IMG/VR virus record: IMGVR_UViG_3300020045_001088
Coordinates: 1-30,640 of that record
DNA: 30,640 nt
Source: a virus
Taxonomy: Duplodnaviria; Caudoviricetes
Strand: one strand, 5' to 3'
Part shown: positions 18,207-25,755 of the stretch, in pieces
Position numbering within the stretch: the first letter of the stretch is position 1
How the letters are laid out: each line of letters begins with the position of its first letter
Program-made: the position numbers and the translations under genes
The notes under the pieces: model-generated
The model's database searches: none
Told to the model about the DNA's origin: nothing
Seen by the model: only the letters and a program-made list of their open reading frames with translations

Positions 18207-19376
18207 TTAACCAAAAAAATACTTTCCCGCGTTTGGTCTGCCTATTTTATGGACGGCTGCATAGCGTAAAGAATCGAGCAAATGGTTATGCATATCAATA
18301 GGCGTTGCGCTCTTCCTATCATGCCATGCGTACAGGCTCAATTCCTTTTTCAAGTTCTTTGACCGAGGGGTAACAATGAGTTGATAGTTTTGAAGTAGGG
18401 CTATCCCTTCCCTTACGCTATTTGCGCCCTTGACACACTCCCGAATGTTCAGCCCGTGGTTACTTCGCAACTCATTTATCAATCGGGGTTCGGCAGAATC
18501 GGCAATGATTAGTCCATCCTTCCTGCAATGGCTAAGGTTTATTGCCGCGATAGCATCGGTGTTCAATCCGGGTAAATACAAAAGCTCATCGCAATAAATT
18601 CTTTTCAGTTTGGCGTCAACGGCCACTTTGATAAGTGTTGAGGGGTCGTTGCTGAATCCATAGTCTTGACCGAATAGGAACGGGAGGGAAGTGTCAAACT
18701 CGCCCTCCGACCAATTGGTAAAGATTGCCCCCTCAACCTTTGCCCGTAACCCCGAACCATAAACCGCCCACCAATATGCGTTGCCTTGCCTGCTTTCAAT
18801 ATCTTCGACCTGACTTGCTGTCAAGTGAGGGTTGTCTTTGTAGGTTGTTATTAAAGGTGGGTACTTATCGAGGTAAGGGTCGAGCCAATGCTCACTTCCT
18901 AAAGCGGGGTTAAAGTCGCAAATGATACGATGCCTTGTTCGGGGCATAAGTTGGTCAACCGTTTCTTGCGGGAATTGTTGCGCCTCATTAATCCAAAGAA
19001 TATCGCGCGACCTTCCGTGTATCTTATCGGGGTTGTCCGCACCGTAGTAGCTTATCAAATTCCCCTTTAGTTCGTAGGAGTGATCGGTCTTGTTGTGGTG
19101 TCTTGGGTGATACAGTCCAAACTCATTCAGCCGACCCTCAAAGTCTTTCCAAGCCGTGGCCTTTAAGGCGGTGAAGGTGTCACGGACGATATCTATTTCG
19201 ACCCCTTTATACTTGTGGCAATAATCAATAAGGAAATCAATGACGCTCCAGCTCTTGGCACTTCTTGTGCCTCCTTGAAGGTTGATAACCCTGTCATGTG
19301 CTATCCTTTCCCAAAGGTGGGTGAAGTTAGGACTGACTTTTGAAATAGTCGGGGAGGTTGCTTTGGTTGACTTCAT
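18207..19376 (-). CDS. terL: Terminase large subunit (PBSX-like)
   Basis: Walker A QGGTRSAKS, Walker B LWINEA, DFNP, nuclease GQDYGFSNDP, ADSAEP, NHLLDSLRY. Confidence 0.93.
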   Translation of the reverse strand: MKSTKATSPTISKVSPNFTHLWERIAHDRVINLQGGTRSAKSWSVIDFLIDYCHKYKGVEIDIVRDTFTALKATAWKDFEGRLNEFGLYHPRHHNKTDHSYELKGNLISYYGADNPDKIHGRSRDILWINEAQQFPQETVDQLMPRTRHRIICDFNPALGSEHWLDPYLDKYPPLITTYKDNPHLTASQVEDIESRQGNAYWWAVYGSGLRAKVEGAIFTNWSEGEFDTSLPFLFGQDYGFSNDPSTLIKVAVDAKLKRIYCDELLYLPGLNTDAIAAINLSHCRKDGLIIADSAEPRLINELRSNHGLNIRECVKGANSVREGIALLQNYQLIVTPRSKNLKKELSLYAWHDRKSATPIDMHNHLLDSLRYAAVHKIGRPNAGKYFFG

Positions 19377-19746
19377 GTTCAATTGTCTGCCTTTCCCCGT
19401 AGGTCTTGGGTGCGAGTTTCGACATTAACCATTTACGGGTATCAACTCGCAGCTTATCGCGTTGGATAACGTCATGATTGACCCTAATGCCTTCGGCAGT
19501 CACTTCAACGTCCTTAGAAGTGTTGTCGGCAATGTCAAGTATTTCTTCCGCGAATAGATGCATTTGGTCACTTTTCGCGCGCGCGTACCTTTCAGCCAAG
19601 CCGTCTATTTCTTTCAGCCACCCAAAGAATGAAGTATGGGAACTTCCGTTATTCTTACATATCTGAATTATTCCGGTAGTTGTCGAAGCGACCTCAATCA
19701 ATATCGCTTCCGCTACTTCGCTATTGTATTTACCGCCTCCTTTCAT
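19327..19746 (-). CDS. terS: Terminase small subunit (Sf6 gp1-like)
   Basis: N-terminal HTH, YARAK..AEEILDIAD, RDKLRVDTRKWLMSKLAPKTYG; directly upstream of terL. Confidence 0.88.
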   Translation of the reverse strand: MKGGGKYNSEVAEAILIEVASTTTGIIQICKNNGSSHTSFFGWLKEIDGLAERYARAKSDQMHLFAEEILDIADNTSKDVEVTAEGIRVNHDVIQRDKLRVDTRKWLMSKLAPKTYGERQTIEHEVNQSNLPDYFKSQS

Positions 19747-19751
19747 AATGA

Positions 19752-19759
19752 CAAAGGTA
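19752..19759 (-). promoter_or_regulatory. -7 box (TACCTTTG) 5 nt before the terS ATG
   Basis: Matches TAnnTTTG. Confidence 0.55.
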
Positions 19760-19760
19760 A

Positions 19761-19799
19761 TAAAAAAAGCCTCAAAGTCACCGTTGCGAAATTGAGGCT
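19761..19799 (-). terminator. Rho-independent terminator on the minus strand
   Basis: AGCCTCAA 19768-19775 / TTGAGGCT 19792-19799, with T7 following on the minus strand. Confidence 0.75.
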
Positions 19800-19852
19800 C
19801 TTAACCATAACTATATACCAACTCATTCAAGTATGAAGACGGGGCAAATATA
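19761..19852 (-). ncRNA. Candidate ~80 nt small RNA or attenuated leader with its promoter
   Basis: TATATTTG at 19845-19852 (minus), ending at the terminator above; no substantial ORF between them. Confidence 0.45.
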
Positions 19853-19958
19853 AGGTCAACTGTTCTATTCTGTTTCCCAAAAAATGCAAATGGTCTTTTA
19901 AGGTTCTTTGTATTTTGGGTGTTCGGTTGTTTCGGTTCTTTGTGGAAATTAAAACGAG

Positions 19959-20147
19959 ATGGAAGAACTATTTGAATTTGAAGCCAAGGTGCTTTTGAGT
20001 AAGCGTAAAGGCGAAAAGTATAAAGCGTTACTGATGTTCAAAGATGGGTACACGCTGAACGATTTGTTTGTGTGCGATGGAAAGATTAAAGCTGGGCAAA
20101 AGGTCAAAGTTAAATTCACTTCACCAAATATAACGATAATACCATGA
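19959..20147 (+). CDS. Hypothetical protein
   Basis: First gene of the rightward arm; ATGA-coupled to the next gene. Confidence 0.65.
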   Translation: MEELFEFEAKVLLSKRKGEKYKALLMFKDGYTLNDLFVCDGKIKAGQKVKVKFTSPNITIIP

Positions 20148-20491
20148 CTATCCAAATTGACAGACTTAAATTCACCGAGGCAATGCCCGACCTTATTCCC
20201 GATAATTGGAAAGCAAAGGCGTACCGAAAGAAACCCCTATCACTTTCCAACCGTCAGTTCCAAGGCGAACCCATTACGGGGCTTGTTGTCTATTCAAATA
20301 AGGATTGGGAAGTTTGGAAGGATGGAACGGTGTTGCACCCCGAGAGGCAATACGTTATTACAGGGTCGGAGATTGAACTCGGTAACGTCTATCACGATAT
20401 GATTCGTAAGGGTTGGGTGAATGTTGCGCAGTTTGAATCGGCCTATTCGGTTGCTTGCTATGTATGCCGTGAGTTGGGATATATAGTTTAG
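20144..20491 (+). CDS. Hypothetical protein
   Basis: Coupled ORF; HDMIRKGWVN motif. Confidence 0.65.
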   Translation: MTIQIDRLKFTEAMPDLIPDNWKAKAYRKKPLSLSNRQFQGEPITGLVVYSNKDWEVWKDGTVLHPERQYVITGSEIELGNVYHDMIRKGWVNVAQFESAYSVACYVCRELGYIV

Positions 20492-20574
20492 TCGAGTAAA
20501 TTACCACATTCGTCTAAATTATGAATAATGAGGGCGGGGGTCAATTTACCTTTACGGCATCAAACAACACGATA

Positions 20575-20982
20575 ATGTTTTACAACGAATCAAATTTCCA
20601 CATCAACTCAAAAGCAATCTTTACACCATGTGATATGCCAACGGGTCAGCCCGACTTTGTGTCTGATAGCGGAAGTTCATATTGGTATATGAATGGTGGT
20701 GTTGTTCGCGTTTCAAACCATTGGGGGCACGTTGCAAGTTGCTTTTGGTATTTGAAAGGTCAAAAGCACCCAAACAGAGGTTGTTTGACAACAGAAACGC
20801 TTGCCGCGTTTACTTCATTTTCCGATATGAATCGCACTAAATCATTTAGTAAGATTATAGCTAAATCATTCAATCAAAGGTCATTTGCTAAAGGCAGCGA
20901 CAAACAAGTTTATCATACCCTTTACACTTTCCTTTGCGATAGACTTCAATCTTCTTTCCCTATTAACAATCTATCAATCTAA
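20575..20982 (+). CDS. Conserved hypothetical protein (PDFVSDSGSSYWY..VRVSNHWGHVASC.W)
   Basis: Motif I recall from Flavobacteria hypothetical proteins. Start taken at ATG 20575, after TACCTTTA 20547-20554. Confidence 0.65.
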   Translation: MFYNESNFHINSKAIFTPCDMPTGQPDFVSDSGSSYWYMNGGVVRVSNHWGHVASCFWYLKGQKHPNRGCLTTETLAAFTSFSDMNRTKSFSKIIAKSFNQRSFAKGSDKQVYHTLYTFLCDRLQSSFPINNLSI

Positions 20983-20988
20983 TTCACC

Positions 20989-21249
20989 ATGACACTCGAA
21001 GAACGTAAAATCATTGGCTCTTTTATGGGCATACCCGCTTGCAGCGTAAACATAAACACAAAGAACTTAATGGAGGTGAGGCGTGAACTTCACGAAAGAA
21101 CGGACATGAATATCCGAATGGACAAAGGTTCTATTTCTGTTTTCAAAGGCAAGAAAGAGATTTTGAGTACCACGTTCGGAACGGGTCGGACGGAAGTAGA
21201 GGCATTAACCTTCGCGATTACTTTGGCGATTAACGCTTCTGCCGTATGA
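20989..21249 (+). CDS. Hypothetical protein
   Basis: Operon spacing; ATGA-coupled downstream. Confidence 0.65.
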   Translation: MTLEERKIIGSFMGIPACSVNINTKNLMEVRRELHERTDMNIRMDKGSISVFKGKKEILSTTFGTGRTEVEALTFAITLAINASAV

Positions 21250-21422
21250 GCCAAAAAGAATCCAAACTGCACTTAGGCGAGGGATGCCACATCAAGGTAA
21301 AGACCATCCACACCATGACCACACTCAACGTCATTGAAGGCAGGGAGATGGTAACGGTATTGCTTACGGCCGAACAGGTGTCCGAACTTATTGAAATACT
21401 AACGGCAAGTATTGAACTATGA
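21246..21422 (+). CDS. Hypothetical protein, 58 aa (not in the ORF track)
   Basis: MSQKESKLHL..LTASIEL; ATGA overlaps at both ends. Confidence 0.65.
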   Translation: MSQKESKLHLGEGCHIKVKTIHTMTTLNVIEGREMVTVLLTAEQVSELIEILTASIEL

Positions 21423-21571
21423 CCTACACCTTCCACACCAACTACGGAACATTCCGAACCCAAGCCTCCAACCAACAAACTGCCGAAGTAAAGGTGGTTT
21501 GGGATTGGCAGATGAAATACCCGGGTGTTCACAAATCACGTTTACAAATTAAATCAATATCAAACAAATGA
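21419..21571 (+). CDS. Hypothetical protein, 50 aa (not in the ORF track)
   Basis: MTYTFHTNYG..KSISNK; ATGA overlaps at both ends. Confidence 0.6.
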   Translation: MTYTFHTNYGTFRTQASNQQTAEVKVVWDWQMKYPGVHKSRLQIKSISNK

Positions 21572-21870
21572 AAACAATTAGAGAATGGCTTGAAATGTTG
21601 CCCGAGCCTTACAAAAGCGCAGCGATTAAGAACGCGGAGGAGGATGACGAAGATAGACTTGATTGTTATGTAGATACTCTGTCTGAAGCAATTACACAAG
21701 GTTTCATTTGGGAAATGACGCTCGAGGGTCAAGACTATTGGAGTGAACTTCATTACCGCAACCGTCTCGAAGAAGCAATCACCCCCAAATCAAAGGAGCA
21801 ACAGATTGAAGAGCTAAAAGCCAACATCGCAAAAATGCAAGCGGAGTTGGATAAATTGGAACAGAACTAA
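21568..21870 (+). CDS. Hypothetical protein with C-terminal coiled coil
   Basis: KTIREWLEMLPEPY..F.W..T.EGQDYW. Confidence 0.7.
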   Translation: MKTIREWLEMLPEPYKSAAIKNAEEDDEDRLDCYVDTLSEAITQGFIWEMTLEGQDYWSELHYRNRLEEAITPKSKEQQIEELKANIAKMQAELDKLEQN

Positions 21871-21884
21871 AAATGTTTTGACCC

Positions 21885-21916
21885 TTTGGTCATAAGAAAC
21901 AAATTCACTATATTTG
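21885..21916 (+). promoter_or_regulatory. Consensus Bacteroidota promoter for the replication operon
   Basis: TTTG 21885-21888, 20 nt spacer, TATATTTG 21909-21916. Confidence 0.75.
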
Positions 21917-21964
21917 CCCGTCCAAAAGAGGACAGCCGTTGACACCGGTTAAAAAGTACAGATT

Positions 21965-22090
21965 ATGAACAAGAATTATCACACGCCCCCATCGGGGTCA
22001 TTAGCAGCCAACGGAGGGTTTCATCTGTCACCCGTGTCACCGTTGGCTTTGCTTTTGGCTTTCGGTGGGGGTTATTTATTTGAGTTATGA
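21965..22090 (+). CDS. 41 aa leader ORF spanning a long hairpin (not in the ORF track)
   Basis: MNKNYHTPPSG..GGGYLFEL; its TGA overlaps ATG 22087. Confidence 0.5.
   Translation: MNKNYHTPPSGSLAANGGFHLSPVSPLALLLAFGGGYLFEL
21986..22071 (+). ncRNA. Long GC-rich stem-loop (attenuator or antisense-like RNA)
   Basis: CCCCCATCG/CGGTGGGGG and AGCCAACGG/CCGTTGGCT helices, then TTATTTATTT. Confidence 0.65.
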
Positions 22091-22284
22091 TAAATAAAAT
22101 GTACCCCGAGGTTACAGCCTACATAGTTGGGCTATGTGAAACTGACATTCTTGGAAATTCTTATTTGGCTTACAGGTATCTTGCCTTTTGTCAATTTGGC
22201 TTTCAATGGCCTTTAGAAGATGATTGGAAAAGAATAATGTCTTTTCACGAAGACATGGTTGAATACCACGAAAACGGATTGTGA
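22087..22284 (+). CDS. Hypothetical protein
   Basis: Coupled to both the leader ORF and the initiator gene. Confidence 0.55.
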   Translation: MINKMYPEVTAYIVGLCETDILGNSYLAYRYLAFCQFGFQWPLEDDWKRIMSFHEDMVEYHENGL

Positions 22285-23033
22285 TGGCAAAGAGATTCAC
22301 CGATACTGAAAAATGGAAGAATCCTTTTATCCGCAAAATGAAAGCACCCTACAAGCTATTTTGGTTGTACCTGATGGACGAGTGCGACCACGCGGGTATT
22401 TGGCTTGTTGACTTTGATGTTGCCCAAATTAAGATTGGAGAAAAACTTGACCCAAAAATTGCCCTTGAGCAATTCCAAAGCAAGGTAATTGATATTGGTC
22501 ACGACCGTTGGTTTGTGCCTGACTTTATATCTTTCCAATACGGAGTTTTGAATCCTGAAAACAGGGCGCATAATAGCGTTATTCAGATATTGTCCAAGCA
22601 TGGATTGATAGATGAACATTGCGAAATTAAGCCCCTTACAAGCCCCTTAGAAGGTGCTATGGATAAAGATAAGGATATGGATATGGTTAAAGACTTGGAT
22701 AAGGATAAACCGCGCGAAGCAAAAAACGGGAAACAGATACCCCCATTGATTGAAGATGTAATTGCATATTGTCAGGAGAGGGGATTCGGGGTTGACGCTC
22801 ACAAGTGGTTTGACTTCTACTCAAGTAAAGGTTGGCTTGTTGGTAAATCAAAGATGGTTGATTGGCAAGCAGCAGTTAGAACTTGGGAAAAGGATAAGCC
22901 ACAAGTTGAACCAACATTCGACCTGTACAACAAAGACATTTGTCCGGGTGACGATTGGCAATGGGTTTATGCTCCCGAGGAAAAGTGGGAAAAGAAACGA
23001 CCTACTAAGGTCAATCTAAATCGGGCTTGGTAA
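22284..23033 (+). CDS. Phage replication initiator (lambda O-like organisation)
   Basis: AKRFTDTEKW..KLFWLYL.D.CDHAGIW N-domain, DKDKD linker, C-domain PP..EDV.AYC.ER..DFY.SKGW.VGK.KM.DWQAAVRTWE. Confidence 0.8.
   Translation: MAKRFTDTEKWKNPFIRKMKAPYKLFWLYLMDECDHAGIWLVDFDVAQIKIGEKLDPKIALEQFQSKVIDIGHDRWFVPDFISFQYGVLNPENRAHNSVIQILSKHGLIDEHCEIKPLTSPLEGAMDKDKDMDMVKDLDKDKPREAKNGKQIPPLIEDVIAYCQERGFGVDAHKWFDFYSSKGWLVGKSKMVDWQAAVRTWEKDKPQVEPTFDLYNKDICPGDDWQWVYAPEEKWEKKRPTKVNLNRAW
22629..22709 (+). repeat. Candidate replication origin iterons inside the initiator gene
   Basis: AAGCCCCTTA at 22629 and 22640 (11 nt period), followed by purine-rich GATAAG/GATATG repeats. Confidence 0.5.
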
Positions 23034-24904
23034 TGATAGCGAAACACATCATAGACGAAATCAAATCACAAGCTGACATTTGGGATGTGGTCAATGACGT
23101 TGCCTCGTTGAAGGGTAACAAATGCAAATGCCCTCTACCCGGTCACGAAGACAAGACCCCCTCCTTCCAAGTCAACAAGCAAAAGCAAATCTTCAAATGC
23201 TTTGGTTGCGGTCGGTCGGGTGACGTTTTCACCTTCACCCAAGAAATGAAAGGTTGTGACTTTGACACGGCCATCAGGATAATTGCAGATAAGTATCGTT
23301 ACCCGATTACCGAACAAAAGGAATACACAAAGCCCGTTTGGAAGAACAACACCGAACTATCCGACAAGGTTGTAAAATGGTTTGAAGGTCGGAGGATAAG
23401 CCAAAAGACATTGACCAAGGCAAGAATAACGCAATCGGTTGAATGGATGCCAAAGTCTAAGAAAGACCAGAACACTATCAACTTCAACTACTTTCGGAAG
23501 GGTGAATTGGTGAACGTGAAATACCGTGACGGGTCAAAGGATTTTAAGATGCACTCAGGGGCTGAATTAATCTTTTACAACTTGGACGCCATAGAGGCCG
23601 CTAAAAGCGTTTATATTGTCGAAGGTGAGATAGACTGCCTGTCATTCATAGAAAGTGGCTTAGAGGCCGTCCTAAGCGTTCCTAACGGGGCAACAAAGGA
23701 TAACAACAACCTGACGTATTTAGATAACTGCATTGAGTACCTAAAAGGAAAGCGGTTTCACATTTGCACAGACGATGATCCAAACGGGCGCGGATTGCGG
23801 AATGAATTAGCCCGAAGGCTTGGGCTTTCCAATTGCGATTACGTTGTCTTTCCCGATGCTAAGGACGCAAATGAGTACCTATGCAAACACACCAAGACTG
23901 AATTTGTCGAAGCGGCAAAGAACTTCAAGGCATTTCCGATTGAGGGTTCATTCACTATTGAAGATTTCGAGGATGAAATAGACGATATGTTCATCAATGG
24001 ATTGCCCCCCGCGATGGGTGTCGGTATTCCCGTGCTCGATAGCGCGGTTGGTTTTTTACCGGGTTACCTTTGTGTAGTTACGGGCTTCCCATCTCACGGT
24101 AAATCGAACGTGGTTGACGAGATATGCCTCCGTCTTTTAACAATTCACGGATGGAAAGGGGCTTTTTATTCACCCGAACACAAGCCAACGGCCTTGCACT
24201 TTTCAAAGTTTGCCCGTAAGATGGTCGGCAAGTCATGGACAAACGGGATAAGCAAAAGCGAACTTGAGGGCGTGAAGGATAGGCTCAACAAGTCGCTTTG
24301 GTTCATCAAGCCAAAGAAAGGATTTACCCTTGAAGATATATTTGCAAGCGTTACCGAACTTGTGACAACTCACGGCATTAAATGGTTTGTGATTGACGCA
24401 TGGAATAAGCTTGACCACAAAGACGATAGTAGTTCATTTGTTGGCAAGTCACTTGACCAACTTGAAGTATTTTGTCAGGAACTCAATGTACTTTGTTTTC
24501 TGGTTGCCCACCCATCCAAACCGCAAACGCTCAAGGATGGCAGCTTTGCCAAACCAACTTTGTACAACATAAGCGGATCCGCAAACTTCAAAAACAAATG
24601 CGATATCGGGCTTGTAGTGCATCGTGACTTCGACAATAACACAACCGACATTGTCATTGAGAAAATAAAGTACGAACATTGGGGCGAACTCGGGTCAACC
24701 GTTACACTTGCTTACGATGTTCCAAGTAGCCGCTACATTGACAAGATGATACCTATTGTCAAACAAACGGGGTCATGGTTAACCGAGCCAATACAGATTG
24801 AGTTTGATATGCCAGAGCCTTTGAAAACATTACCCACCAACACAGAATTTGAAACACCAAAATACAATGAGCAAACCGACACATTCGACACCGCCCCCTT
24901 CTGA
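23033..24904 (+). CDS. Bifunctional primase-helicase (CHC2 Zn finger + TOPRIM + SF4 helicase)
   Basis: CPLPGHEDKTPSF..FKCFGC; IVEGEIDCLS, SVPNGA, DDDPNG, KDANE; Walker A GFPSHGKS; LVAHPSK; ISGSANF. Confidence 0.9.
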   Translation: MIAKHIIDEIKSQADIWDVVNDVASLKGNKCKCPLPGHEDKTPSFQVNKQKQIFKCFGCGRSGDVFTFTQEMKGCDFDTAIRIIADKYRYPITEQKEYTKPVWKNNTELSDKVVKWFEGRRISQKTLTKARITQSVEWMPKSKKDQNTINFNYFRKGELVNVKYRDGSKDFKMHSGAELIFYNLDAIEAAKSVYIVEGEIDCLSFIESGLEAVLSVPNGATKDNNNLTYLDNCIEYLKGKRFHICTDDDPNGRGLRNELARRLGLSNCDYVVFPDAKDANEYLCKHTKTEFVEAAKNFKAFPIEGSFTIEDFEDEIDDMFINGLPPAMGVGIPVLDSAVGFLPGYLCVVTGFPSHGKSNVVDEICLRLLTIHGWKGAFYSPEHKPTALHFSKFARKMVGKSWTNGISKSELEGVKDRLNKSLWFIKPKKGFTLEDIFASVTELVTTHGIKWFVIDAWNKLDHKDDSSSFVGKSLDQLEVFCQELNVLCFLVAHPSKPQTLKDGSFAKPTLYNISGSANFKNKCDIGLVVHRDFDNNTTDIVIEKIKYEHWGELGSTVTLAYDVPSSRYIDKMIPIVKQTGSWLTEPIQIEFDMPEPLKTLPTNTEFETPKYNEQTDTFDTAPF

Positions 24905-25046
24905 AAAGAAACCGAAAAATACAAGATTATGGCTATTAGCCTTTACTGATTCATTCGCTCTCTGTGCTCGTGCATGGTGTGATGGGTGGGGAGCAATCGG
25001 CCTTATTATTACGATTTTGTGGATTATTAAACAATTCAACCAATGA
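24867..25046 (+). CDS. Small membrane protein
   Basis: ATG 24867, C-terminal hydrophobic helix, ATGA-coupled to the next ORF. Confidence 0.5.
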   Translation: MSKPTHSTPPPSEKKPKNTRLWLLAFTDSFALCARAWCDGWGAIGLIITILWIIKQFNQ

Positions 25047-25222
25047 GTTACATCACCCCTAAAATGCATTGCCTAAATTTGCTTGATAGGTTTGTTGCCG
25101 TAGCCCCGCATACGATAACCGAGGGCGAAGTAAACGTCAAAGTGAATTACGAAGAACAACGGGAGTTGACCGCAATTATCGAAGAAATCAAAAGCATACG
25201 GGAGCGGTATGTTAGGCTGTGA
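25043..25222 (+). CDS. Hypothetical protein, 59 aa (not in the ORF track)
   Basis: MSYITPKMHC..RERYVRL; ATGA overlap upstream. Confidence 0.55.
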   Translation: MSYITPKMHCLNLLDRFVAVAPHTITEGEVNVKVNYEEQRELTAIIEEIKSIRERYVRL

Positions 25223-25233
25223 ATTGGCTTATT

Positions 25234-25268
25234 TTAACAGGAGTGAAGGGTTGGGGGTGTTATCTTTG
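25234..25268 (+). promoter_or_regulatory. Promoter TTAACA-N21-TATCTTTG
   Basis: Same spacing as the promoters at 25694, 27649 and 30322. Confidence 0.65.
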
Positions 25269-25270
25269 GG

Positions 25271-25616
25271 TAACGTTTTGCAGCTATGCCCAGTTGGGCA
25301 ATTGAAAGAACAAAAATTAAATAACAGATAAAAATTAATAAAATGGAAGAAACATCAAAAAACAACGAAACTGCCCAATTGGGTATAGGTGTTGTTAGCA
25401 GCAGTGCTTTACGGGTTATAAACTATGTCAAAAAGCATAATTGCAGAATAAGAATGAGGTGGTACTGTGGCATACAGATACACAGGGTTTGGAAAAACGA
25501 AAGAGAGTTGTCTTATCCAATGATTAATGAAGATACTTGGTGTGAAATTTCGCATCTATTTAAACAAGACGGTGATTATCAGCAAACGCACTTCTACGAT
25601 TTGCATTGCTGCTAAC
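25271..25616. mobile_element. Single-gene cassette with a split attC-like hairpin, flanked by TAAC
   Basis: TAAC at 25271-25274 and 25613-25616; 21 nt arms 25280-25300 / 25372-25392; GTTAGCAGCAGTGC 25394-25407 is the inverse of GCATTGCTGCTAAC 25603-25616 (13/14). Confidence 0.7.
25343..25615 (+). CDS. Cassette-borne hypothetical protein
   Basis: AT-rich; the N-terminal TAQLGIGVVSSSA and C-terminal HCC* are encoded by the element's inverted repeats. Confidence 0.65.
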   Translation: MEETSKNNETAQLGIGVVSSSALRVINYVKKHNCRIRMRWYCGIQIHRVWKNERELSYPMINEDTWCEISHLFKQDGDYQQTHFYDLHCC

Positions 25617-25692
25617 TAAAGGATACACGAAATAATACCTTTTGCAATGCTCCGCCAACACCTCGAAAAGATACCAAAGTCAACTTGCCCAT

Positions 25693-25738
25693 TTTAACAC
25701 CCCTTAACATTTACCAACAAACCAAGGGCTTATCTTTG
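25693..25738 (+). promoter_or_regulatory. Promoter with tandem TTAACA boxes
   Basis: TTTAACACCCCTTAACATTTAC is identical to 27648-27669; TATCTTTG at 25731. Confidence 0.75.
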
Positions 25739-25755
25739 GGTAAAATTACAACACC

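Noticed and set aside
19327-19376. terS-terL frameshift fusion
   Set aside because: terL has its own ATG at 19376 and I saw no convincing slippery heptamer; a simple overlap explains it.
25192-25217. Second attC-like site (GCATAC..GTATGT-TAGGC, containing GTTAGGC)
   Set aside because: The stem is short, there is no matching upstream GCCTAAC, and it lies within a coding 3' end; likely chance.
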